A DNA stretch of 64,000 bases from Candidatus Aminicenantes bacterium (GTDB lineage Bacteria; Acidobacteriota; Aminicenantia; Aminicenantales; Saccharicenantaceae): the NCBI GenBank assembly GCA_017999365.1, contig JAGNLW010000001.1, forward strand, positions 669 through 64,668, given 5' to 3'. The stretch's first letter is position 1. The number at the start of each line of letters is the position of its first letter. The position numbers were made by a program, and so were the translations under genes. Below the pieces are notes generated by a model. That model saw only the letters and a list, made by a program, of their open reading frames with translations, ran no database searches and had not been told where the DNA came from. Below, in pieces: positions 1 through 8,642 of the stretch.

Positions 1-637
1 GATGAGGGTGTCGCCGCCCTTCTTGTAGAAGGAGTCCCGCTTGTCCTCCTCCTCGTCGAGGTCGGGGTAATTGGTCGTGAACAGGGTCATCTTCTTGTGG
101 TTGTAGCGGTGGTTGATGATGTAGAAGACGGTCTCCTCGACCCAGGCCGTCGTCCGCTTGGCCCCCAGCTCGTCGAGGACCAGGACCTCGGCCGAGAAGA
201 CCGGGGCCAGGACGTCGCTCTCGGACAGGACCGAGTCGGGGGTGAAGGTGGCCTGGATCTCCCGGATGAGGTCCCGGAAATCGTAGAAGACGCACGAGGC
301 GTCCTTGGCCCGGATGAGCTCCTGGATGATGGCCACGGCCAGGTGGGTCTTGCCCACGCCGCAGGGGCCGATGAAGACCAGCCCGACGTCCTGGGCCGGG
401 TAGTTCTTGACGAACTGGCGCGAGATCTTCAGGGCGTCCCGGTGGGAGTCGTTGTGGACCTCGAAATTGTCCAGGGTGCAGGACTGGTAGCGGCGCGGGA
501 TGTTGGCCTGGTCGAGGAGGGACTGCCGGCAGCGCTCGCCGAAGCAGGCGCACCTCTTGGCGACCTGGGACCCGCCGGCGTCCTCGAGGAGCCAGCCCGT
601 CCCCTGGCACTTCCCGCAGACCGTCTTGTCGCTCAAT
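1..637 (-). CDS. DnaC/DnaI-like AAA+ ATPase with N-terminal zinc ribbon (IstB-like ATP-binding domain); partial, C-terminus beyond window edge
   Basis: Minus-strand translation gives CGKCQGTGW...CAC zinc-ribbon-like N-terminus and a Walker A motif GPCGVGKTHLAVAI, then DELG. The plus-strand ORF 97..645 is its shadow. Putative TTG start overlaps the stop of the upstream sigma gene. Confidence 0.6.
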   Translation of the reverse strand, partial: MERQDGLREVPGDGLAPRGRRRVPGRQEVRLLRRALPAVPPRPGQHPAPLPVLHPGQFRGPQRLPPGRPEDLAPVRQELPGPGRRAGLHRPLRRGQDPPGRGHHPGAHPGQGRLVRLLRFPGPHPGDPGHLHPRLGPVRERRPGPGLLGRGPGPRRAGGQADDGLGRGDRLLHHQPPLQPQEDDPVHDQLPRPRRGGGQAGLLLQEGRRHPH

Positions 638-1475
638 TCAGGTAGCCTTTGAGGTGCTGGAGCTTGCTCGAGCGGCCCAATTTGCGCATGGCCTTCCGCT
701 CGATCTGCCGGATCCTCTCCCGGGTCAGCTGGAGCCGGTCGCCGATCTCCTGGAGGGTCCGCGGCCTGTCGTCGTCCAGCCCGAACCTTAATTTTAGCAC
801 AAGAGCCTCCTTCTCATCCAGCTCCCCGAGGATCTCCCGGATCTGCTGCTCGACGGAGGCCCTGATGATCTGGTACTCGACCGACGGGGACGAGGCGTCG
901 CTGAGGCGGTCCTCGACCTCGAGATCGTCGTCGTTGACCTTGTCGCTCAGGGACAGGTTCCGCTCCCCCAGGAGCTCGAGGTCCTCGACGTCCGTCTCGG
1001 TCAGGCCCATGGCCCGGGCGATCTCCTCCCGGTTCGGCTCCCGCCCCAGGTCGGCTTTGAGCTCGGCCGTCTTCTTCTTCATCAGCGAGATCTGGTCGGC
1101 CAGCTTCTGGGGGATGGCGTAGGCCCGCGAATACAGGGTCAGGGCGTGGATGATGGCCTGGCGGATCCACCAGACGGCGTAGGAGACGAAACGGACGCCC
1201 TTGGTCGGATCAAAGCGCCGGGCCGCCTCGATGAGCCCTACGTTGCCCTCGTCGATGAGGTCGAGCAGGCCCAGACCCATGCCCCGGTACTTCTTGACGT
1301 AGGAGACGACGAATTTGAGGTTGGACTGGACCAGGCTCTGGAGGGCTTCCCGGTCCCCCTGCCGGATGCGCTCGCCGAGCCGCTTCTCGTCCTCCTCGGT
1401 CAGGGCCGGGAACTTGGCGATCTCCTCGAGGTAATGCTTGAGACTGCGCGACTCGACGAAGTCCCTGGGGTCCAT
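633..1475 (-). CDS. RNA polymerase sigma factor, sigma-70 family (RpoD-like regions 1.2–4 present, no RpoH box)
   Basis: Region 2 (DLIDEGNVGLIEAARRFDPTKGVRFVSYAVWWIRQAI) and region 4 helix-turn-helix (TLQEIGDRLQLTRERIRQIERKAMRKL) are present. Confidence 0.85.
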   Translation of the reverse strand: MDPRDFVESRSLKHYLEEIAKFPALTEEDEKRLGERIRQGDREALQSLVQSNLKFVVSYVKKYRGMGLGLLDLIDEGNVGLIEAARRFDPTKGVRFVSYAVWWIRQAIIHALTLYSRAYAIPQKLADQISLMKKKTAELKADLGREPNREEIARAMGLTETDVEDLELLGERNLSLSDKVNDDDLEVEDRLSDASSPSVEYQIIRASVEQQIREILGELDEKEALVLKLRFGLDDDRPRTLQEIGDRLQLTRERIRQIERKAMRKLGRSSKLQHLKGYLN

Positions 1476-1478
1476 GCC

Positions 1479-1904
1479 TCACCCGTCGCCGCGGTCCACC
1501 TTGACGACCCCGGCCGGCCGGACGTGGACGAGGGCCCGCTTGCGGGCCTCGAACTCCTCCTCGCGGCCCTCGAAGAACTCCCGGCGGACGTAGTCCAGGA
1601 ACTCGCCGACCTCGCCCTCGATGCGCTCGATCTTGGCCCTCATGTTGAGGACGACCTCGACGCCGGCCAGGTTGACCCCGAGGTCCCGTATGAGGCTGAG
1701 GATGAGCTCCAGCCGCTTGAGATCCCCGGCCGAATAGAGCCGGGTGTTGCCCTCGCTGCGCGAGGGCGCCAGCAGGCCTTCCCGCTCGTAGAGTCGGAGG
1801 GTCTGCGGGTGGATGTCGTACATCTTGGCCACGCTGGAGATGTGGTAGAACTCGCCGGGGCCCTTTTTCGCCCCTTTCGCCGTTTGCCGCCGCGCTTTAG
1901 CCAT
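1479..1904 (-). CDS. hspR: MerR-family heat-shock repressor HspR
   Basis: MerR helix-turn-helix ([26 protein letters not shown]). Sits immediately downstream of dnaJ with an 8-nt overlap. Confidence 0.8.
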   Translation of the reverse strand: MAKARRQTAKGAKKGPGEFYHISSVAKMYDIHPQTLRLYEREGLLAPSRSEGNTRLYSAGDLKRLELILSLIRDLGVNLAGVEVVLNMRAKIERIEGEVGEFLDYVRREFFEGREEEFEARKRALVHVRPAGVVKVDRGDG

Positions 1905-3033
1905 GTCCGTCCGTCCCCGCCGCGCCCCTGGGATTGGGCCCCGAGAGGCCTTCCAGCTCCCTCATCAGCTCGCGGACCCTCTCGTTGTCGTGGGGCGGCG
2001 GCACGATGTAGACTTCGGCGAATTCGTCCCCGCGGCCGCCCTTACGGCCGGCCGCCGGGGCGCCTTGTTGCCTGATCCGGAACTTCTGGCCCGACTTCGT
2101 CCCGGGCGGGATGCGGATGGCCGTCCGGCCCCACAGGGTCGGCACTTCGACCTTGGCTCCCAGGGTGGCCTCGGGCACCGTGATCGGCACCCGGATGGAG
2201 ATGTCGGCCCCCTCCCGCTTGAACACGGCGTGGGGAGCCACTTCGATGACGATGTAGAGGTCCCCCGGCGGGCCCCCGTCGCGGCCGGCGTTGCCCCGGC
2301 CCGGCACCCGGACCCGGGAGCCGTTGTCGACCCCGGCCGGGATGCGGACGTTGATGACCTCGGACTTGGGGACCGCTCCCCGCCCGCCGCAGGCGACGCA
2401 GGGGTCGCCAGGGGCCTGACCCGTGCCGTCGCAGGCCTGACAGGCCCCGGCGAACCTCATGAAGCCGCGCTGGACCGAGCCTCGTCCGCTGCCGCCGCAC
2501 GACGGGCAGGCCCGGCGCCGGCCGCCCGAAGCCCGGCCGCGCCCGCCGCAGGCCTCGCAGGCCGCCTGACGGTTGACGCGGATGCGCGATTGGACGCCGC
2601 GGATGGCGTCCTCGAAGTCGAGCGTCATGGCGTACTGCAGGTCCTCGCCGCGCTCCGGCCCTCCGGTCGCCGCTTCGGGGCCGCGGACGCCGCCGCCCCG
2701 GAAGATGTTCTCGAAGAAATCCCTGAACGTCGAGGACCCGTAATCGGAGAAGTCGAAACCCTCGAATCCCCCGCCGCCCGGGGCGCCGGGGCCCGGGCCG
2801 GGACCGGCGGAAGTCCCGCCGAGGTCCCCGAATTGGTCGTATTGGGCGCGCTTCTTGGCGTCGCTGAGGACGGCGTAGGCCTCCTGGATTTCCTTGAAGC
2901 GGGCCTCGGCCGTCTTATCACCGGGATTGAGGTCGGGGTGGTACTTGCGGGCCAGCTTCCGGTAGGCCTTCTTGATGTCGGCCAGGGCCGCTCCCCGGGC
3001 CACCCCCAGCACCTGATAATAGTCTTTCGCCAT
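1897..3033 (-). CDS. dnaJ: Chaperone DnaJ
   Basis: J-domain with HPD motif, G/F-rich linker, four CxxCxGxG zinc-finger repeats. Confidence 0.95.
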   Translation of the reverse strand: MAKDYYQVLGVARGAALADIKKAYRKLARKYHPDLNPGDKTAEARFKEIQEAYAVLSDAKKRAQYDQFGDLGGTSAGPGPGPGAPGGGGFEGFDFSDYGSSTFRDFFENIFRGGGVRGPEAATGGPERGEDLQYAMTLDFEDAIRGVQSRIRVNRQAACEACGGRGRASGGRRRACPSCGGSGRGSVQRGFMRFAGACQACDGTGQAPGDPCVACGGRGAVPKSEVINVRIPAGVDNGSRVRVPGRGNAGRDGGPPGDLYIVIEVAPHAVFKREGADISIRVPITVPEATLGAKVEVPTLWGRTAIRIPPGTKSGQKFRIRQQGAPAAGRKGGRGDEFAEVYIVPPPHDNERVRELMRELEGLSGPNPRGAAGTDGHG

Positions 3034-3099
3034 GACCTCACCTCGGACGACCGTCGGGGCCCTCGCGGGCCCCAGTGTAACCGTCAGAGGCCCCGGGGC

Positions 3100-5037
3100 C
3101 TAGTTCTTTTTTCCGTCGTCGTCGACCACCTCGGCGTCGATGACCTCGCCGTCGGCGCCGTCGCCGCGGCCGTCGCCGCCCGGTCCCGGCGGCGGGGGCT
3201 GGTATCCGCCGCCCGCGTCGCCCGCCCCCGGCTGGGGGCCGGCCTGCCGGTACATCGTCTCGGTCAGCTTGTGCGAGGCCTTCGACAGGTCCTCCGTGGC
3301 CTTGCGGATGCGCTCGAGGTCGTCGGACTCGATGGCCCGCTTGGTGTTGTCGATCTCCTTCTGGATGCGCTCGGCCTCCTCGGCCGGGACCTTGTCCTTG
3401 TTCTCGCGCAGGAGCTTCTCCAGGCCGTAGACGAGCTGGTCGGCGTGGTTGCGGGCGTCGATGGTCTCGCGCCGCTTCTTGTCCTCGGCGGCGTTGGACT
3501 CGGCGTCCTTGACCATGCGCTGGATCTCCTTCTCGTCCAGGCCGCTGTGGCCGGTGATGGTGATGGCCTGCTGCTTGCCGGTGCCCATGTCCTTGGCCGA
3601 GACCTGCAGGATGCCGTCGGCGTTGATGTCGAAGGTCACCTCGACCTTGGGGATGCCCCGGGGGGCCGGCGGGATGCCGTCGAGATGGAAGCGGCCCAGG
3701 GTCCGGTTGTGGGAGGCCATCTCGCGCTCGCCCTGGAGGACGTGGATCTCGACGCTGGGCTGGTTGTCGGAAGCCGTCGAGAAGACCTCGGTCTTCTTGG
3801 TCGGAATGGTCGTGTTGCGGTTGATCATCCGGGTGAAGACGCCGCCCAGGGTCTCGATGCCCAGGGTCAGCGGCGTGACGTCGAGGAGCAGGACGTCCTT
3901 GACGTCGCCGGACAGGACGCCGCCCTGGATGGCGGCCCCGACGGCCACGACCTCGTCCGGGTTGACGCCCTTGTGGGGCTCCCGGCCGAAGAGCTCGTGG
4001 ACGAGCTGCTGGATGCGCGGCATGCGCGTCTGGCCGCCGACGAGGATGACCTCGCGGATGTCCGAGGCCTTGAGGTTGGCGTCGGCCAGGGCCTGGCGGA
4101 CCGGGGCGACGGAGCGCTGGATGAGGTCCTCGCAGAGCTGTTCGAGCTTGGCCCGGGTCAGCTTCATGAGCAGGTGCCGGGGGCCGGAGGCGTCCGCGGT
4201 GATGAAGGGCAGGTTGATCTCGGTCTCCATGGTCGTCGACAGCTCGACCTTGGCCTTCTCGGCGGCCTCCTTGAGGCGCTGGATGGCCATCTTGTCCTTG
4301 GTCAGGTCGATGCCCGACTCGCGGCGGAACTCCTGGACGATCCAGTCCTGGACCCGCTGGTCGAGGTCGTCGCCGCCGAGGTGGGTGTCGCCGTTGGTGG
4401 CCTTGACCTCGACGACCCCCTCCCCGACCTCGAGGATGGAGATGTCGAAGGTACCGCCGCCGAAGTCGTAGACGGCGATGGTCTCGTCCTTCTTCTTGTC
4501 CATGCCGTAGGCCAGGGCGGCGGCCGTCGGCTCGTTGATGATGCGCTCGACCTTGAGCCCGGCGATCTGCCCGGCGTCCTTGGTGGCCTTGCGCTGGCTG
4601 TCGTTGAAATAGGCCGGGACCGTGATGACGGCCCGGTCGACCTTCTCGCCGAGATAGTCCTCGGCGGCCTTTTTCAGCTTCTGGAGGACGAACGCCGAGA
4701 TCTCCGGCGGGGCGTACATCTTGCCGTGGGCCTCGACGCGGACGTCGCCGTTGCCGGCCTCGGCCACCTTGAACGGGACTTGTTTGGTCTCCTGGCCGAC
4801 CTCGCTGAAGCGCCGGCCCATGAACCTCTTGATGGAGTAGATCGTGTTCTCGGGGTTGGTGACCCGCTGGCGCTTGGCCACCTGGCCGACGAGGATCTCG
4901 CCCTTGGACGAGAAGGCCACGACGGACGGGGTCGTCCGGCCGCCTTCCTCGTTCGGGATGACGGTCGTCTTTTCGCCTTCCTGGATGGCGACGACGGAAT
5001 TCGTCGTGCCCAGATCGATGCCGATTATCTTACCCAT
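3100..5037 (-). CDS. dnaK: Chaperone DnaK (Hsp70)
   Basis: Full-length Hsp70 ([19 protein letters not shown]-terminal lid). RBS AGGAGG precedes the ATG. Confidence 0.98.
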   Translation of the reverse strand: MGKIIGIDLGTTNSVVAIQEGEKTTVIPNEEGGRTTPSVVAFSSKGEILVGQVAKRQRVTNPENTIYSIKRFMGRRFSEVGQETKQVPFKVAEAGNGDVRVEAHGKMYAPPEISAFVLQKLKKAAEDYLGEKVDRAVITVPAYFNDSQRKATKDAGQIAGLKVERIINEPTAAALAYGMDKKKDETIAVYDFGGGTFDISILEVGEGVVEVKATNGDTHLGGDDLDQRVQDWIVQEFRRESGIDLTKDKMAIQRLKEAAEKAKVELSTTMETEINLPFITADASGPRHLLMKLTRAKLEQLCEDLIQRSVAPVRQALADANLKASDIREVILVGGQTRMPRIQQLVHELFGREPHKGVNPDEVVAVGAAIQGGVLSGDVKDVLLLDVTPLTLGIETLGGVFTRMINRNTTIPTKKTEVFSTASDNQPSVEIHVLQGEREMASHNRTLGRFHLDGIPPAPRGIPKVEVTFDINADGILQVSAKDMGTGKQQAITITGHSGLDEKEIQRMVKDAESNAAEDKKRRETIDARNHADQLVYGLEKLLRENKDKVPAEEAERIQKEIDNTKRAIESDDLERIRKATEDLSKASHKLTETMYRQAGPQPGAGDAGGGYQPPPPGPGGDGRGDGADGEVIDAEVVDDDGKKN

Positions 5038-5074
5038 GGTTGCCTCCTGATGGCTTTCTATTTAGTAGAGAGAT

Positions 5075-5103
5075 ATTATAAAATCTTAGTATAAGATTGT
5101 CAA
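5075..5103 (-). promoter_or_regulatory. Consensus sigma-70 promoter of dnaK (TTGACA-17-TATAAT) with palindromic operator AATCTTA-N3-TAAGATT (5082..5098) in the spacer
   Basis: Read on the minus strand: TTGACA, a 17-nt spacer containing a perfect 7-bp inverted repeat, then TATAAT. It lies inside a roughly 115-bp AT-rich island that is unique in a 70% GC context. Confidence 0.6.
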
Positions 5104-5154
5104 GTATTAAACTAAAATAATCCTATGCTCCATAACTCGTTATTATCTAATCGT

Positions 5155-5838
5155 TTAAAGGATCAGGCCCTTGATCCCGTCGAAGAAATGCCAGTAGATG
5201 GACTGGGCGTCCTTGCCGTTCTCGAAGGTCATTTCGAGCTCGGAAACAGGCCGGCCTTCGCGCGAACCGAACAGGTTCTCCAAGGGCAGCGCCACATACC
5301 AACTCCAAGCGTCAGCCAGCTTCTTGAACAGACCTCCCGACACGGCGTCCCGGGATTTGATCGTGACATGCAGGCCGTTGTCGAAATCGAGGCTGAAGCG
5401 CTCGGGCATGTCCCGGAGCTCCAGGGCCTCGAGGTCGAAGTCCGCGGCCGAAGCGGGGGCCGCCTTGGCCGTCCCCGGCTTGGCCTCCGGTCCCGGCGCC
5501 TTGACCGGAGTTTCTTCTTCGCCCGGCTTGATGACGATCCGCTCGGGGGCCTTGATGGTCGTCTTCTTGACCAGCTCCACGGACCCGGCCAGGTCGGGCC
5601 GGCCCCAGAACCTGATCGATCCCAGCGGCCAGGTCCTCAGGACCATGCCCCGGACCCGAAGCTCGAGCTTCCGGCCGGCGACGTCCAAGACGAAATAGAA
5701 ATTCGGGTCCTTGGCCAGGGTGTATTCTGAGGCCAGGTCGCTCTGTTTCTTCGCCAGGGCGGCCCGGTCCGCCGTCCCGGCCGCCAGCCCGGCCGCGGCC
5801 GCCGCCAGAAGGGCCCATCCCAAGATCGTCCTTTTCAT
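5155..5838 (-). CDS. Secreted hypothetical protein (signal peptide)
   Basis: N-terminal signal peptide MKRTILGWALLAAAAAGLAAG. No recognisable domain. Confidence 0.6.
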   Translation of the reverse strand: MKRTILGWALLAAAAAGLAAGTADRAALAKKQSDLASEYTLAKDPNFYFVLDVAGRKLELRVRGMVLRTWPLGSIRFWGRPDLAGSVELVKKTTIKAPERIVIKPGEEETPVKAPGPEAKPGTAKAAPASAADFDLEALELRDMPERFSLDFDNGLHVTIKSRDAVSGGLFKKLADAWSWYVALPLENLFGSREGRPVSELEMTFENGKDAQSIYWHFFDGIKGLIL

Positions 5839-5848
5839 GGTGCGCGCC

Positions 5849-6502
5849 TCAGTAGATATAGATCTTGGCCCCGACGGAGACGGCCTTGAAAATGGCCTTG
5901 AGGTCCTCGTCGCCGACCCGGACGCAGCCGTGGGTGACGTTGCGCCCCAGCAGCCGGGTGTAGAGGGTGCCGTGGATGAAGTAGCCCTGTCCGAAGCCCA
6001 GGGCGTAGTCGCCCAGCGTGCCGGCTTCGATGCGGTCCTCCATGGCCTTGGGGATGGTCTCCCCCTCCTCGATGAAGGCCCAGTCGGGCTTGACCCAGTA
6101 GGGATTGGTGATCTTGGACTTGACGCTGAACTCGCCCCGCGGGGTGTCGAAGACCCAGCTCCGTTTCTTGCCGCCCGGCTCCTCGAGGACGACCCCGCTG
6201 CCGCAGGAGACGACGGCCTCCCGCACGGTCTGGGCTCCGTTCTTGAGGTAGAGCCGGTTCTCGGCCGTGTCGATGACGATGTAGAGCCCCTTCGGCAGCA
6301 GACCCGACATCCTCTTCTCTAGCTGCAGGACGTTCTTCTCGGCCTTGGCGACGTCCTTCTCGGCGACGGGCTCGGCCCCCCGGCCGGCCCCTTTCGGGCC
6401 CGCCGCCTGCTTGATGCCGATGAGGTAGGCCGCGCCGACGACGGAGAGGAACCCGAGCCAGGCCAGAGCGGCGAGGGCGATGAGGATCCGTTTGATGGTC
6501 AT
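5849..6502 (-). CDS. L,D-transpeptidase (YkuD domain)
   Basis: Transmembrane anchor plus catalytic motif IHGT...HGCVRV. Confidence 0.8.
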   Translation of the reverse strand: MTIKRILIALAALAWLGFLSVVGAAYLIGIKQAAGPKGAGRGAEPVAEKDVAKAEKNVLQLEKRMSGLLPKGLYIVIDTAENRLYLKNGAQTVREAVVSCGSGVVLEEPGGKKRSWVFDTPRGEFSVKSKITNPYWVKPDWAFIEEGETIPKAMEDRIEAGTLGDYALGFGQGYFIHGTLYTRLLGRNVTHGCVRVGDEDLKAIFKAVSVGAKIYIY

Positions 6503-6503
6503 G

Positions 6504-7592
6504 TCAGTTGTCCCGGAGGGCTTTGATGACGTAGTTCTCGAGCTCCATGGTGCCGATGATCGTGACCGGCGTGCCGACGCCGGCCAGGGCGTAGACCTCG
6601 TCCATGTCCCTGTTGTCGAGCGAGACGCAGCCCCTCGTCAGGCTGTCCTGGCCGCCGCCGTGGATCTCGACGTCCCCCCCGATCGAGGCCGACCGCGGGA
6701 TCGTGCCCCGGGCCTTCTCCCGCGCGAACCACCGCCGGTCCTCGTCGTTCGGGTAGTTGATGAGCAGGGCTTTGTAATAGAGGCTGGAGGGGATCTTGCG
6801 GACCACGGTGTAGCGGCCCTCGGGCGTGGCGTTGTCGCCCGAGTACCTCTTGTCGGCCAGGCCGTTGAAGCCCAGGCCGACATCGTACGTCCGGGACAGC
6901 ACGCCGCTCCGGTAGACGGCTAGGCGCCGCTCCAACTTGCTGATGATGATGACCGTCGTGCCCCGGCGGCGCGACTCGGCGATGGTCTCCTCGGCCGCCT
7001 GCTTCCAGGAGCGGACCTGGTCGGGATCGAGGTAGCGCGAGATGTGCGACACGACGGCCTTCTCGGCTTCGGCGGCTAGGCGCGAAGCGGTCTCGACCTT
7101 GGCCGACGCGGCCTCGAAGTCCCGGCCCCCGGCCAGGGCGTCGGCTTCGGCCAGGGCCAGCGCGGCCCGGGCGAGCTTCCGGCGGGCTTCTCCCCGTTCG
7201 ACCAGGGAGAGGGTCAATCCGTCGAGCGTCCGGAGCTTGCGGCGGACGGCGTCGGCCGCCCCGGCGACGGCGGCGGAGCGGCTGGAGACGGCGGTTTGGA
7301 CGGTCGACCGGAGAGTGTGGCCCGACAGGAGGACCGACCGGAACTCGCGGCGGACCCGGGCGTAATCACGGAACCAGCCCAGCTTGAGGTTCTCCGCCGC
7401 GAGGGTCTCGCGGGCGGACCTCAGGGCCTGGACGTAGGCCTCGTGCTCCCGGCCGGCGAATAGAGAAGCACCGGCCCTCCGGAGGTCCTGTTCCTGAAGA
7501 TCGGCTTCCAGGACTTCCGGAGGGACCGGCGCGGTCCGACAACCGAAGAGCAAAACAGCCAACAGCAGGACGGCTGTTCTGCGCGCGCTCAA
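6504..7592 (-). CDS. L,D-transpeptidase family lipoprotein (start trimmed to TTG giving M-SARRTAVLLLAVLLFGC lipobox)
   Basis: C-terminal YkuD motif (IHGGG...RGCVSL). The ORF-track N-terminus is low-complexity and overlaps the upstream gene. An internal TTG yields a lipoprotein signal peptide. Confidence 0.7.
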   Translation of the reverse strand: MSARRTAVLLLAVLLFGCRTAPVPPEVLEADLQEQDLRRAGASLFAGREHEAYVQALRSARETLAAENLKLGWFRDYARVRREFRSVLLSGHTLRSTVQTAVSSRSAAVAGAADAVRRKLRTLDGLTLSLVERGEARRKLARAALALAEADALAGGRDFEAASAKVETASRLAAEAEKAVVSHISRYLDPDQVRSWKQAAEETIAESRRRGTTVIIISKLERRLAVYRSGVLSRTYDVGLGFNGLADKRYSGDNATPEGRYTVVRKIPSSLYYKALLINYPNDEDRRWFAREKARGTIPRSASIGGDVEIHGGGQDSLTRGCVSLDNRDMDEVYALAGVGTPVTIIGTMELENYVIKALRDN

Positions 7593-7602
7593 GGCGAGAG
7601 AC

Positions 7603-8196
7603 TTACCGTCCCTTGACCTTGGCGATGGCGGCGTTGATCTGCTCGACGATCGCGGCGGCCTTGTCCTTGATGGCGGCGGCCTTGTCCTTGGCGCCGAAGA
7701 AGTCCTCGGCGGCCATGGCGGCGTCGACATCGGCCATAGCCGTCTCGATGCCGGCCAGGTCGGCCTTCATGGCCTCGATGTCGGCCTTGGTGCCCTTGCC
7801 CTTGGGGGCCTTCTCGAGGAGGGCCTTGGCCTCTTCGAACACGGTCTTGGCCTCGCCGATGGCGGTCTCGGCGGCGGCCTTGGCCTCGGCGATCCGCCCG
7901 GGGATGAGGGCCTTGACGCTCTCGGCGTCGGCGACGACCTTGTTCAGCATCTCCTTGGCGGGGCCGTACTTCTTGAAGAATTTCTTGGACTGGGCCGTGA
8001 TGGCGTCGAGAGCGGCCTGCAGGTCGCCCTGGAGCTTGTTCATCTCGTCCTTCGCGTAGACGCCGCCCTTGGCGTCGATGACACCCTGGATGGCCGCCTT
8101 GGCGGAATCCATCAGCTGGGTGGGTTGCTTGGCGCAGCTCGTGAACGCGAACACGACGATCAGCGCCAGGGTCAGGCCTTTCACGATGTTCTTCAT
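7603..8196 (-). CDS. Ala/Lys-rich alpha-helical lipoprotein
   Basis: Signal peptide with lipobox (VFAFTSC). Highly Ala/Lys/Glu-rich helical repeats. Confidence 0.65.
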   Translation of the reverse strand: MKNIVKGLTLALIVVFAFTSCAKQPTQLMDSAKAAIQGVIDAKGGVYAKDEMNKLQGDLQAALDAITAQSKKFFKKYGPAKEMLNKVVADAESVKALIPGRIAEAKAAAETAIGEAKTVFEEAKALLEKAPKGKGTKADIEAMKADLAGIETAMADVDAAMAAEDFFGAKDKAAAIKDKAAAIVEQINAAIAKVKGR

Positions 8197-8552
8197 GATC
8201 TTACCTCCTTAAGGTATCATTTTATGAATGACGTGAGATAGGCGACGACGTAGGAGGATGCGGTGATTCCTCTCCGATTGGACCGATAGACAAATACCTT
8301 TGTTGTCAAATCTTATACCATAAGCGCCGGAGCGTTGTCAAATCCCCACCCCATTTTTCGAGGTTCTTCTCCCCGTCCCGGGATTCCCTCTCGAGGCGGC
8401 GAGGGGATTGTCCTCGCAGGTCCCCGTTGCTGGAAGGGAGGGCCCGCGAAGCGGGGGGGAACCGTGCGAACTGGTTCCCAGGGGGGCCGGGGAGCCAGAG
8501 GACATCCCCGAGCTAAAGCCCGAGAGAGGGACTTCCCGGAATACGGAGAAGA

Positions 8553-8608
8553 ACTAAAATAAAATGGGGAGGGCGCGACGGCCGCTCATGGTCCGCCTCG
8601 CCCTCCCC
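8553..8608 (-). terminator. Rho-independent terminator downstream of the malic enzyme gene
   Basis: Stem GGGGAGGGCG/CGCCCTCCCC (8566..8575 / 8599..8608), followed on the minus strand by ATTTTATTTTA. Confidence 0.55.
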
Positions 8609-8642
8609 CGTCGTTACGGTTCCTTGTCCTGGAGGCCCGGGA

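Noticed and set aside
1-637. IstB-like ATPase as part of an IS21 mobile element
   Set aside because: No IstA transposase or inverted repeats nearby. The zinc-ribbon N-terminus and co-orientation with the sigma/heat-shock genes fit a DnaC/DnaI-like housekeeping protein better.
97-645. 182-aa plus-strand ORF at the window start
   Set aside because: Shadow of the minus-strand DnaC/DnaI-like ATPase, which has Walker A and zinc-ribbon motifs. The plus-strand product is low-complexity.
1903-5094. 1063-aa plus-strand ORF opposite dnaJ/dnaK. Similar giant ORFs at 18289..21639 (+), 18320..20926 (-), 21516..23054 (-), 15638..17218 (+), 12134..14179 (+), 58449..61055 (+), 44912..46696 (+), 45690..47351 (-) and 62536..63495 (-).
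   Set aside because: These are high-GC alternative-frame artefacts. They are R/G/P/A/D-rich and low-complexity, lack an RBS, and fully overlap strongly conserved genes on the other strand or frame.
5040-5160. Canonical HAIR (CTTGAGT-N7-ACTCAAG) or CIRCE (TTAGCACTC-N9-GAGTGCTAA) operator upstream of dnaK
   Set aside because: Neither consensus is present. Only the different palindrome AATCTTA-N3-TAAGATT was found.
8335-8562. 75-aa ORF in the 8.2–8.6 kb intergenic region
   Set aside because: Gly/Arg/Pro-rich low-complexity product with no RBS. It lies between a terminator and a promoter of the opposite strand. More likely non-coding.
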